A DNA stretch of 64,000 nucleotides from Octopus sinensis (lineage: Eukaryota): positions 60,264,001-60,328,000 of the forward strand of contig NC_043010.1 of assembly GCF_006345805.1 (NCBI RefSeq), in the 5' to 3' direction. A model generated the notes under the pieces. It did not search any database, was not told where the DNA came from, and saw nothing but the letters and a program-made list of their open reading frames with translations. Both the position numbers and the translations under genes were made by a program. Of the stretch, positions 27,042 to 39,551 are shown piece by piece. Positions within the stretch are counted from its first letter, which is position 1. Every line of letters starts with the position of its first letter.

Positions 27042-27053
27042 GGGAAGCAACTC
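27042..27053 (+). promoter_or_regulatory. GGGRRRYAACTC motif in intron 1 of gene A
   Basis: gggaagcaactc in a patch that retains several CpGs; function inferred only. Confidence 0.35.
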
Positions 27054-28399
27054 CGGCATCCCTAGCATTTACGAGTTAAATAAGCAGTCTTTACTAAATC
27101 ATTCGACCTTCTAGAAATAGCAGTTAAATCTACTTTAAACCGTGCCCTATTGTCTTTCAAGAGGGACATTTGATAATGTGGTACTGGGTGCACTGCCTTC
27201 TCCCCCTCAAAAAAGACTAATGATTACAGCTGAAATACTGCTGACTTTTAAGTCTGTTCCTTCACTATTGACTGATTTGAACAACAATTTTGTCTTATAT
27301 GTTTTATAAGTTGTCATTTTTGTTGAAAAAGAAAGAGAAATATGTATATGAGAAGCTTGATATAAGAAGTACAAATATAATTCTCATGTGTATATTGAAA
27401 TGTAAATTTAATTTATAGATATTGTTTCTGTAATAGTTCTGTGGAAATCAGTGCATACTTTCTGGCACCAGAGTTCAGCAAGGTAACTCCATTGGTGGGA
27501 GATATCATCAAATGAATGGTATGAAATATGAACTTCGAATATTCAGCCATTCATTTTTGCATCAAGCTATGGTAGATCTATTTACTAAATATTTTCTTCC
27601 TATCACTGTTCCTATCTTATCATCATACTCTTCCCTTGACAGTCTCCAATCTAGCCTAACTACTACCTTTCTTTTCAAGCAGGAAAACCTCAAACAAGTT
27701 CCTAGAAACATTGATTGAATTGAGCAACATCAAGGCTATCTTTGTTAACAACCAAGAATCATTTATTAATTCTAAAGTTAATGCATATTCTTAGGTCTAC
27801 TCAAGAATGTAGACTTTTACTGACCCTACAACTTCAATCTACAATGAATTTGATAAGGCTGCATCATACAAACATTTTAGAGGTTCCAATTTATGTGAAT
27901 GATCTTTATCTTTTTCCTGAATGCTTTCTTTCATTCATACATGTTCCTCAGGTAAGCAACATCCTCTTCTCTTCAAACAGGACTAACCCAAACGAGAGGT
28001 GGATGAAGCTCTACAGTCAAGTATGGTTGGTTTGTTAGTCCTAGAGCTGAGTAACTCAATGCAGAAAGTCAAGGATGATATTTAGTTGAAATAAAATTTT
28101 TTACTTTTCTTTTGATCACTCTGATCAATATTCCTAATTTCATTCCAAAATAACATCAAAAGGCAAGCACCCTATCCACTTTTATGCATAAAAGTAACAA
28201 TTTCTAAAAACATTCAGTATAGTATGTATACATAAAATCATTTGAAATAAATATGTTAGAGAATAAATTAGAACTGTAGTACCATAATAGTATATGCTAT
28301 TAACAAAAAAAAGATTTACTGTATGAAAGCTGGTGGTGTAATGAGAGTTACTGGGAGGAAGTGAGAAACCATTTTCTCTCTTATAGTTCATCATAATTA

Positions 28400-29270
28400 A
28401 CATCTACTTGAGGGACAAAGAATTCATCTAAAATTCTTCGATGCTTGAGCTGTACAAAGAGACAGTGCCCCACAGTGTAAGAACTGAGCTCTTTGTAAAT
28501 TCCATTTGTAAATTTTATGTTGCATTTACAGTTAAGGTTGTTATCAGTATTAATTTGCACACCTTCCTTAAGTGCTAAACCTTCAGCAATATTCCTTGTA
28601 GCCGATTTAAGAAGATTTGGTGGAACTTCTGTATTCTTATGTAGATTCTCTGCTTGCTCTTATTCTAACAACATCAGCTCCTTATTAGATAAATTTTCTC
28701 TGTGGAACTCAACCATGTCATCTTTTATAACTTCTTCAAAACCTACATCATTTGCAAGTGTCACACTATCTTTTTGTATTTGATGTAGACATTTTACTTG
28801 TTGAAAACTTGTAAAGTTACAAATACGCTGACTGTATATCCTTGTGATAATTAAACAGAGTATCCTCCATAACAGCACTAGCAGCTTCAGTTATTTTTAT
28901 GTTGTGTAAATTCATGCTCTTCTTAAGATTTTCAAAGCAACTGTTACTAATCAGAAAACGTTTTTCATTAGAAACTTCACCTTCCTTTATCGACAAGTGG
29001 GCATGCAAACTTTAGGCATTTTTTTATATATTAGTGTGTGTACTTATGTATTGTGATTATATTGTTTTAAATCATCAACACTTAGCTAAATACAAAGCAG
29101 CAGCCTTTTGGCTAAGAAGAAAGAGTGGTTTTTGAATTACCAAAATATATTCAAGTTTTGTAGGACTGAAATTTCAAACTGCATCCTGGAATTCGTAGCC
29201 ATATTTTACAATTATCATAAACCTGAAATCTTATAATCTGAGGTAATCATTATGCAGGAGGTGTCTGTAT
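28400..29270 (-). mobile_element. Degenerate Tigger/pogo-like DNA transposon fragment
   Basis: RFLISNSCFENLKKSMNLHNIKITEAASA (end of CENP-B-type HTH) and VGFEEVIKDDMVE...LSNKELMLLE. Confidence 0.7.
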
Positions 29271-29691
29271 TTAGGTATATTAATAAAGAAGATTTAATTA
29301 CAAATTCAGCAGGTTGAGTGACTATATAGAAGCCCCATCACTTGTTACAAGTGTATATGTAGCATAGTTATAGGAGAAAATAAAGATTAAAATATATAAT
29401 ACTCTTATAGTAATCAAAATGAAATTTTTAAGGAGTGAGACATTAAGTAAATTCATCTTGATGGTTTGAATAAAAACAAATCACCAATGACATCATCTAA
29501 AAACCATTTTTAATGCTCTATTGACAAAAAAAAAAGAGCATGCGCTTCAGCAGTTTCAGTGAATGAAAAGATAATTGTTCTACTCTTGTCCTTCTATTTT
29601 GATCTTACATGCAACCTCTTCTTATTCCAGATTCATCTCTGGTATGATGACCTCACCCTCAACTTGTGAGTTCAATTTATTCAATTATTTA

Positions 29692-29692
29692 T

Positions 29693-29783
<91 letters not shown>
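29692..29783. repeat. (TTTC)n microsatellite
   Basis: Direct observation. Confidence 0.95.
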
Positions 29784-29784
<1 letters not shown>

Positions 29785-29885
29785 AATTAATTAATTAATT
29801 AATACAGTATATCTCTACTTTTTGCAACAGGCCCAGTTTTTGGTTTATTAAATCTAAAATATTTGCAACATATTTTACAATATTA

Positions 29886-30437
29886 TTGGGTTGTCTGGAA
29901 AGTTCATGCCAATTTTTAAAGGAAAGAAAAAGGTCAATAAATACTTGTCATTACATCTTTAATCAACCAAATATGAACCATTTTGTTGCCCAATGCGTAT
30001 CCATCTTTCCTTTAACTTGAAAATACCCTCTTCCCAGAATTGAGGTGGTTTCATGGCAAAGAATTCATTAAGGTATCTTTTTATATCATTCAAAGAATTG
30101 AAATTTATTCTGCAGAGACCTGAATAAGTGGAAATCCAAAGGAGCAATATTTGGTGAATATGGAGGGTGGGGTCACACATCCCAGCTGAACTGCAGCAAT
30201 TTTTGTCTGGTTCCCAAAGCATCAAGTGCCGAAAATGAACTTTCTTATCTTCCATTCTAAAGGGTTACAGAATTAACAGAGGTTATAGGAACATAAACCT
30301 TCTTACACGAAAAGATAGCTTAAACTGTGCTCTAAATGTATGTGTAGTCAAATTCTTTTTTATGGACTCAACCATGTTCCAAAATTAGTGGAAAGGTAAG
30401 CAACTATAAATCAGCACAAACTTTTCAGACAACCCAA
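29886..30437 (-). mobile_element. Internally deleted mariner element with TIRs and TA TSD
   Basis: ta|ttgggttgtctggaaagtt ... aacttttcagacaacccaa|ta; MEDKKVHFRHLMLWE, HPPYSPNIAPLDFHLF, FWEEGIFKLKERW...NGSY. Confidence 0.9.
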
Positions 30438-30583
30438 TATAAACTCTTTAGAAAAAAACCCTCACTTATTTGTGATAAGTGCCATATTCTTCATATTAAT
30501 ATTTCTGTATATGTTTGACTACGAAATTTTGCATTTTTTTCTTTTTAGATGTAAGAAACCAGGAATAACAATGAATTATAAAG

Positions 30584-32983
30584 ATGAAATGTAATGAAAT
30601 TCTACAAATTTACCTTCTTTATGGACTGATATATTCTGTTGTACCCATGGATATCAGTTATTATGTCAAGGAAGAAGACAGTCCTCACACCTACATAGGA
30701 GACATTGCTGCTGACTCCAACTTATCACACCCTCTCACACATCAACAACACACTCTCATTACATTTACACAACTACAAAGGACAGTCGAGAGTGGTTCTC
30801 ATTTATTTAATGTCACCAACTCAGGAAAACTATACACTACTCAAACACTGGATGCTGAGTCTCTGTGTACATACAACAAGGAATGTTCCAGAATTGTTAA
30901 AGTAGCAGTGAGGAAAGGAAAAACATTTATGAAGATTTTGAAGGTGAAAATAATTATAGAAGATATTAATGATCATCAACCAGAGTTTCCATCAAACAAA
31001 ATAAAAATCAAATTTGATGAAACAGATGGGAAAGGTTCAACAAAATCAATACCAAATGCTGTTGATAAAGACATTAGTCTTCCAAATTCTAAGATAATAT
31101 ATAAACTCAAAGATAAAAGCAAAACATTCTCACTCTCCATATTTAAAGAATCTGATGGAATAAATTTACTTAAAATAATTCTAGAAGGGATGTTAGATAG
31201 AGAATTAAAAGACACATATATGTTACAGTTGATCGCTAGAGATGGGGGTTCTCCACCAAAGGAAGGTATTCTGGACATTGAAATATCTGTTATTGATGTC
31301 AATGATAACAGACCTACGTTTACACAAAAATTATATAATACCACCATCAGTGATACACATCATATATCTTCTCCTGTTTTTGTTTTATCAGCAACAGATT
31401 TAGATTCTGGTCAAAATGGAAATATTAATTATTTTTTACATAGAAATACAAATGAATATGATAAAAAGTATTTCAAATTAAATCATAAATCTGGAGAAAT
31501 TTTCACCAATGATAATTTCTTCAGAAATAAAAGAAATAAATATAAATTATATGTTGAAGCTAGGGATGGCGGAAATCCTTCATTAAGCTCCATGTCAACG
31601 TTGATTATAAATGTAATTAACAATCAAAATAATGTGCCATCTATAAATATAGATTTTGTATCACCTTTAACAAAGACTTCAACTGCTATTTCAGAAGACA
31701 GTCAAATTGGTAGTTTTATAGCTTATGTTATGGTAACTGACACTGATAGTGGACCTAATGGACAAATTAAATGTAATATTCACCATAAAATGTTCCAGCT
31801 TTCTAATATGGGTTCCAAAGAATATAAAATATTAGTGAAAGAACCTCTTGACAGAGAAACTATAGACCATTATGTTGTTTCTATTGTATGTCATGACATG
31901 GGATCACCTCCATTAAAGACTAAGAAACAGTTCTCTGTCAAAGTAACTGATGTCAATGATGTAGAACCACATTTTACCAAAGAGACATTCCAATTCCTCA
32001 CCTATGAAAACCAGAAAGTTGACTTCCCTATTGGCTTCATCAATGCTACAGACCCTGATCTTGGAGATGGAGGCCAACTTACATATTCTATCATCAATGA
32101 TAACAACAATGATAACATTCCTTTCCAACTGACAAAATATGGATTTATTTCTACATCACAACCAATAGATCGAGAAGTGAAAGACATTTATAATTTACAA
32201 GTTTTAGTGAAAGACAATGGAACACCTTCTCTCAATGACACTGCCAATATTGTTATTGAGATTCTAGATAAAAATGATAATGCTCCGTATTTTACGTTTC
32301 CTAATAATGACCCTTACAATCTCGATGTCCACTACCATCCACACAGTAAGAAGGACATCACAATTCTGAAAGCATCTGACAAAGACACTGGAAACAATGC
32401 TTTCCTCACATATGGAATACTGAGATCCAATGATAAAAACCTGTTTACAGTGAACTCACACACTGGTGTGTTATCTTTCTCTCGCACAGTTTACCAAAAT
32501 GATGCAGGAACATATGAGCTGGAGTTTATAGTGAAAGACGGTGGTACTCCAGTTCAATCAGCAACAACTGCTATCATACTAACACTGTTTGTTAGTAATG
32601 ATACATCTCCAATGTTGACTGCTGTCCACTCACAGTCTGGTAACAACCTGAATATGACTTGGATAATTATCATTGTAGCAGCAGCTGTAATACTATCTGT
32701 GGCTGTTGTAGTGTCAATAACAATGTGTGTTTTCAAATGTATTAATCACTTCAATAATTCATCTGCAGAAAAAGATAATCCAAAATTTCTCTCTCAGACT
32801 GAGATGAGACAAATACTGTATCAGACTAACAATCCTGTTGCAATAACTAGAAATGCAGAAGACATATTTGCCAGAAATCTTCAAGCAATAAATCCCAAAA
32901 GTCCTTATTATACAGAGACAGAACAACCAATAAATGAATGGAAATTCTCAACAACACCCAGGAGGCTACCACCTACTCCTCAG
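30584..32983 (+). CDS. Pcdh: Protocadherin A, large coding exon (signal peptide, EC1-EC6, TM, proximal tail); spliced protein ~876 aa
   Basis: Six cadherin repeats (DINDHQPEF, LDRE, DVNDNRP, DKNDNAP), TM WIIIIVAAAVILSVAVVVSITMCVF; acceptor tttttag at 30548, phase-0 donor cag|gtatgt. Confidence 0.96.
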
Positions 32984-33314
32984 GTATGTAAAATATAATC
33001 TATTTACATCTATAAATATGTTCATAATTTCATATATAAATATCATGTGTACAGAAGAAATGGATTGAATATATAGTTATGTATTATGAGGAAAATACAT
33101 TAATTCTGAAGTTTTCAACAAGGTTATAATTGTGATGAGTAGATATTTGTGTTTCATTATTGGGATAGATTTCATAAAGAACATCAGAATTTAGCAGTTA
33201 GTGAATAACCAGAATGAAATTCCTTATGCAATTCTTATTATATATCATAGAAAAATAATAATAGAAACCATTTGGAATAAAATGCAAAAAGCATTTGCAA
33301 GTATTTGAAAATAT

Positions 33315-33670
33315 ATGAGGGTCGGCTGAATCGTTCATAGGCTGCTCAAGATACTCTCATCAACCCCTTGCAGTTCACACTAGTCTTCCATTGGTGTTGC
33401 ATGGTCCTACTTGAGAATAGGGAGGGTGAAAAGCTTCTTCAAATCCACAGTCATGCATAGCAGCCATTGAAACCAAGAAGTTATGTACTGGAACATTGTC
33501 CTGGTGAAACAAGATCCTTTATTCAGTTTTCTTGAGCATTTAATTTTCATAGCCTTTCATAAACGCCTCAGAAAGTTGGCATAGTTCTCTCCATTGATGG
33601 TGTGGCCCCTTTGAAGATAGTCAATAAACACAGTGCCTTTTGGATCCCTTCCCTGCTGATAAAACGACCT
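33315..33670 (-). mobile_element. Degenerate mariner fragment
   Basis: tatgagggtcggctgaatcgttcataggctg TIR-like end; minus strand contains an FHQDNVPVH-like motif. Confidence 0.6.
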
Positions 33671-33679
33671 TGTCCCTCT

Positions 33680-34277
33680 TTACATTCTGAGTTTATATCC
33701 TAACATGGTACACTCTGCTGTTTATCCTTTTGGATTCAATAGAATAAAGTACTAGTAAGTCTTGGGGTTGATGCAATTGACTAACACCCTTCTTTCAAAA
33801 TTGCAGGCCGTGTACCTAAATCATAAATCATTATTATTATCTGAGGGCAGTGAATTGGTAGAATCATTAGAGCATTGGACAAAATGCTTTGTGGTATTTA
33901 GTTACAGCACATCATATTCTGATTTCAAATTCCACTGAGATCAACTTTGCCCTTCATCCTTTTGGAATGGATAAAATAAAGTACCAATCAAGTAGTGATG
34001 TTGAAGGTATTGATGAAAATCCTCTCTTGAAACCTGAGTAAAGAGTTGGAAGGTATTTTGTTTAATGTTCAAGGATTCTGCTAGGCACAAGGCCAGCAAT
34101 TTCAGGGGAAGGATTAAGCCAATTACATTGACCCCAATGCTCAACTGGTACTTATTTTATTGATCCCAAAACGACAAAAGGCAAAGACAACCTCAGTGTA
34201 TTTGAACTCAGAACATAAAGATGGATGAAATGTAGTTAAACATTTTGCCCAGTATGCTAATGATTCTGCTAGCTTAC

Positions 34278-34311
<34 letters not shown>

Positions 34312-34682
34312 TCTATTGAAGGCACAAGGCCTCAAATTTGGCGAGAGGGGACTGGTCGATTACATCAATCCCAGTATTTCATTGGTACTTAATTTATCAA
34401 CCTCGAAAGGATGAAAGGCAAAGTTGACCTTGGTGGAATTTGAACTCAGAACCTAGCAGCAGACAAAATACCTATTTCTTTACCACCCACAAGGAGATAA
34501 ACACAGAGAGGACAAACGGATTAAGTCTATTATATCGACCCCAGTGCGTAACTGGTACTTATTTAATTGACCCCAAAAGGTTGACAGGCAAAGTCGACCG
34601 TGGCAGAATTTGAACTCAGAATGTAGTGGCAGACAAAAACCACTAAGCATTTCGCCTGGCATGCTAACGATTCTGCCAGCTA
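33680..34682. mobile_element. Cluster of about five SINE copies in both orientations in intron 2 of gene A
   Basis: Repeated ttcatccttttgg / aaggatgaaaggcaaagt / atttgaactcagaa cores. Confidence 0.8.
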
Positions 34683-35080
34683 ATAATAATTATGATACTT
34701 TTCCTTTCTATTATTCATGTAACTTTAGTAACTGAGGTTATATGTAATATAATTGACCCAATATTTTCTGGAAATATACCCGATTGCATCATTTAATTCA
34801 TGCTACGTTGATTATAAAACAAGTAAAATAGCTACACTGCTGCCATTAACAGCCTTTTGATATTTTTTTTTATAAGTAATAATTTATAAATGTCAGCTCA
34901 ATCTCAATTATAACTTATAATTTTAACTATAATTCTAACTTTTAACTTTTAATTCAGTTTAACTATCAGTTATAAGGAATTAAAGCAAGATTATTTCCAC
35001 CCCTTTTTATCAGAAATTGGATTTTTTAACTGTATGTAACATGTGCAAAGTAAGTTTCCCATTTATCTTTTTTCTGAAAG

Positions 35081-35231
35081 AATTACACAAAAGACATAAC
35101 AGAGAGTTCAGGTGAACAAAAATGTTATAATGGTACATCAAACAACTTAAATACTACTCTAACTTCTCAAAAAGAACGAAATCGAGGATGGAGCGAAGGA
35201 GATATTACACAACAGACGTCTGGAGTATCAG
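35081..35231 (+). CDS. Pcdh: Protocadherin A, first cytoplasmic exon
   Basis: ttttttctgaaag|NYTKDITESSGEQKCYNGTSNNLNTTLTSQKERNRGWSEGDITQQTSGVS g|gtaatt; phase 0 in, phase 1 out. Confidence 0.85.
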
Positions 35232-35304
35232 GTAATTACAAAATGAATCAGTAGCTTCAAATTACTATCAGAAGTTTTTTAATTAACCTAAAATAAATGT
35301 AATG

Positions 35305-35432
35305 GAAAAAAATTATTACTTAATTTAAAAAAATATATTGGTCCATAAACTATCATTTCCACAGAAAAAAATTATTACTTAATTTTTAAAAAATATATTA
35401 GTGGATGAACTATCAGTTCCACAGGAAAAAAA
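35305..35432. repeat. Tandem duplication of a ~60 bp unit
   Basis: gaaaaaaattattacttaattt...ttccacag occurs twice. Confidence 0.85.
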
Positions 35433-35520
35433 AGTCATAACAAAATATGAAATATTTTCAATTCAGAAATCAACAATATATTTCAAAACTAGTCTAAGTT
35501 TTGTTTATATATATTTTCAG

Positions 35521-35600
35521 AGTACAGTAACTATCACCCAAACATACCTCCAACAGCAAAGAGCGAATATGAACAAGAAACCTATCTAGCACCGGTTTAA
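35521..35600 (+). CDS. Pcdh: Protocadherin A, last coding exon
   Basis: ttttcag|(E)YSNYHPNIPPTAKSEYEQETYLAPV*; phase matches the previous exon. Confidence 0.87.
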
Positions 35601-37061
35601 CATACATCATGTTTACTTTTCATTAATTACAGAACCACTTAGAAAATAATTTAATATAATTTAATTATGACATTATATTAAACACTACTTTAAATGTATT
35701 GAAGCTTTTTGTTTCTTGGGTTTTTTTTGGAAGATTTCTATAAAGAAAAATCCTTTTAATTATAATGAAAATCATAAAACTATTGAGAGTTTTACTGAAG
35801 CTTTTTGTTATAATCAAAAACAACAAAAATCTATATAGGTGTTACACTGATAAATATTTAACAATGCAATTTATATTTTGTAAAATAAAATGAGAGATTT
35901 GGCTTAAATTCCTAGTAGTAGCCATATCTTTTTGACAATGTCAATAAATCAATTTTCCCTCACCTTCTAAACATCAAGTTTATGGTTAAATGAAAAGTAT
36001 TTAGAATGTATTTCAAACAGAAATCCAAAAGTCTCATACAAAAAGTGACAGCTTGTGGCTACTCATTAGCCAACATCTCTCTCTCTCTCTCTCAAATTGA
36101 TAGGAGCCAAATCAACATCATCACATTTTATCCTTTGTCATTTCCTTCATGGCAGTCAACTCCCTAAGATCTGCTTCCCCCCACCGCTTTCCATTATTTC
36201 CTGGGTCTTCTCCTCTTACAGGTTCCTTCCACTTGGACTGTCTGAGGCATCTTTACCCATCTATATTTGAGAAAATGCTTGTTCAGCTTTTCGTGTAGTG
36301 AAAAATTGTAATAAAAGTATTTGAAATTGAAGCCATACAAAATGCGTTAATAAAGTAAAATTTTAGTAGCAAATTTATGAATGTATATTAGAGAATTTAC
36401 TGGATGATAAACAAACACATTATTTTATTTTATACACTTTAATGGAAAAATAGATATGACTGTCAACAATAGATATACTATCATGTAGGAAGTGTGTGTG
36501 TGTTCATGAACATGTTCACATACATTACATGAACAAAGGCATTCTGAAATACAGCTAATCTTGATATACAAAAAACATTTTCATAAATTTCCTCACAACA
36601 AAAAGAATTATAATATGATTTTAAAATCATTGTTTTTTGTTTCTAATATGATTTTGGAAAATTTTATATAAAATAAAACCATTACAATTAAAAAATACAA
36701 TTTGAATCATAAATTTAAAAAATTGAATTGATAAATTAAATTTATATATGTTTATTATCATGTAATTATTTTATTTCATAACATTAAATGTCTAAAAGAA
36801 TTTGGTGACAGATTTGTTATTCTATCAAAATACTGCATGTGTGTGTGTGTGTGTTGTACACATATACAGAGAGAAACAGATTATTAAGATAATTAAGTAT
36901 AATGAATAGATGTATTAAATTCCATAACCAAAAGGCACTGAAAAACAAAGAAAACTCTTCCACACTCCAACACATACAGTGCAGACGTACAAATACACAT
37001 ATATATACAATTACAAAGTTAAAACACAAATTCCCAAATAAAGGTTCTACTTCCTGTCATC

Positions 37062-37191
37062 TGACTCACAACTGCAGTTCATCGATATACAGCGCTAGTC
37101 ATACTATAATAGCAGTTTTAACACCAGAATGCTACACCAGGATGAACATCTCTGATCTTATATTATAGAAACAATGGATTAAACAATGAAG
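37062..37191 (+). promoter_or_regulatory. Putative promoter (AP-1 site) and non-coding exon 1 of protocadherin B
   Basis: TGACTCACAA at 37062, gcagtt near 37114, ggattaaacaatgaag|gtaagt donor. Confidence 0.7.
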
Positions 37192-38472
37192 GTAAGTCTC
37201 CCTATCTTGACATTTCCAATTTAATTCCATTTTGGTAGATGACAATTGATATTCTAAGCAAAATGTAACACAGTGTAATCTCGCATTCATTTCCACCATT
37301 CCTGAGAGTTGCTGCTACAATAGTTGCAATACAATTTTATGTAGAAGGATGACATATTTACATAGCAATCAAAACCAAACAAATTATAAATTTACATGAC
37401 AAGAAATAACTAATTATATAATCTCCTATAGTTTGGCAGAATATATTTTATACATACTGCTATTTTTGTTTAGTTGATATATAATGTATATATCTGTTTC
37501 AACTTATTAGCTGCTTGCTTGAAATTATAACTTTATCACTCGAGTGTGTGAAAAGCCAACAGGGTTTATGCTGATAATTTTGAAATTATTTTGCAATTGA
37601 AGATGAAGGTGATTTCCAACATACCAGAGAAAAAATTCATATTACTAAATTTCCCATAAAATTTAATAGATATATTTATGACACATATAATTTAAATACA
37701 GAAATTTATAATAATACACATATAAGACAATCACAAACATTTATTCGTAATTTTGTGTTATTCTCTTAAAATATAAATATATAAATTCAGGAAAATTTTG
37801 TATCTTTATTTTTAAGTAAAATATCTCCTATCAAAATTAACTTTAAAAAATAGTCACCACATAAAAATATATAATTGAGAAATTATACTTCTGAAATTTT
37901 ACAGCATTGTTGTAATGAAATTCTGCTATAGCTAATGCTATATCATTATCTCTTAATTAACATGAGTAGAAGGAAAATGGCAACCTGGCATATTTATAAA
38001 TTCCATAAAGAATTAAATCTACTGATTCTAAACATACAATGAAATTTATTTTTAATTTTAACTACTCAATTTATCACGTATATTTCTGTATTATAATTAT
38101 TATAAATTCCTTACATGTGAAATTATAAGCAATTGTTTATCTGCACACATATGCATATCCACTTGTACTTACTTATACGATATATGCATAAATACAATAT
38201 ACTATAATATACTACAACATACAGTATAATACAATATACAATATACTACAATATACAGTATAATTTTATACTAAAGGAAAATTATAAAAAGCTTTTTTCA
38301 TTGTTATCAACCAAACTACATTTTGTTTTGTAACAAACGTTTGTATTTCCCATGAAACCAAATTTACAGAAAAGTTAAACCTTATCCTTAAATATCTGTA
38401 AATAACATCAGCCTAAACAGAAAAAAAAAATTTCTAATAAAATGTACTAATTTGTCATAGCAATATTTTCCT

Positions 38473-38476
<4 letters not shown>

Positions 38477-38542
<66 letters not shown>

Positions 38543-38811
38543 CTGTACAGTGGAGGTGTATATATACAGTTGCACAGTGGAACCGTATATCCAACAAGGC
38601 GGCGAGCTGGCAGAAACGTTAGCATGCCAAGTGCAATACTTAGCAGTATTTCGTTTTTTTTTTTACGTTTTGAGTTCAAATTCCGCCGAGGTCGACTTTG
38701 TCTTTCATCCTTTCGGGATCGATAATTCAAGTACCAGTTGCACACTGGGGTCGATCTAATCGACTGGCCTCCTCCCCGCAAATTTCGGACCTTGTGCCTC
38801 AAATTGAAAAG
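38477..38811 (+). mobile_element. SINE (38596-38811) plus (TA)n tract inside a 15 bp direct repeat
   Basis: aatattttcctcctt at 38462-38476 and 38812-38826; aaggcggcgagctggcagaaacgttagc...gagttcaaattcc. Confidence 0.8.
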
Positions 38812-38841
38812 AATATTTTCCTCCTTTTGACTGGATTTCCA

Positions 38842-38853
38842 GGGAAGTAACTC
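38842..38853 (+). promoter_or_regulatory. GGGRRRYAACTC motif in intron 1 of gene B
   Basis: gggaagtaactc; function inferred only. Confidence 0.35.
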
Positions 38854-39259
38854 TTCATATAATCTTTACAGGTCAAACACTAAAAGTTGATGTCCTACAA
38901 ATGAGCAGAACTAAATCTTGCTTGGTAACCAGTTCCATCTCTCTACAACCAGAGTTCAAATTTCACTGGTGGTTAAGTTTCATCTTTGTAGTCAATATAA
39001 GTGTCATTATCTTTTTAACTCACTTTGCCAAACTACAATTAAATGAACATCTGAAAGGTAGTGATTGGATGTTGATATCAGGAAGGTGACATTAACTGTC
39101 AATGTTAGTAAAGTGGCATAAATAAATAAATACAAATATGCAGTTTTTCCACAACCAACAGCACTAATACTGACACATAACCATAGCAATAGTAGGATTA
39201 CTTTTCAGTTATTAAATATTCTTGCAATAATCTCTGGTAATACATAATTCTGGAATATC

Positions 39260-39450
39260 AGGAAAATTACCCTCCCCCCATAGGACAATTCACCTCGACG
39301 ACAACTACACCCAAGGACAATTACCCCCTTTGGTTAATTACCTCCTCTCTAATATATTAAGAAGTTTTAAATCATCATCTGTTGTCCTCGGGAGTAATTG
39401 TCATGGTGGGGGTGGGGTGGGGGTATTGTCCATGGGGAGTAAATGTCTTA
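39260..39450. mobile_element. MITE-like element made of inward-facing short tandem repeats
   Basis: ggacaattaccccc-like units on the left face gggagtaattgtc / gggggtattgtcc units on the right. Confidence 0.55.
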
Positions 39451-39551
39451 GACTCAATTCTGGACATGATTTGCATTTGAAAATTAAAAATAATAATAAT
39501 AATTGCATTCATCTTTTCCTTGTTTCTAGGTGCTGATAAATTCAAGGATCA

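Noticed and set aside
31913-32187. Identical or near-identical antisense ORFs (MERNVIIVV..., MSFTSRSIG...) repeated five times
   Set aside because: Shadows of the homogenised protocadherin EC5 sequence, not independent genes
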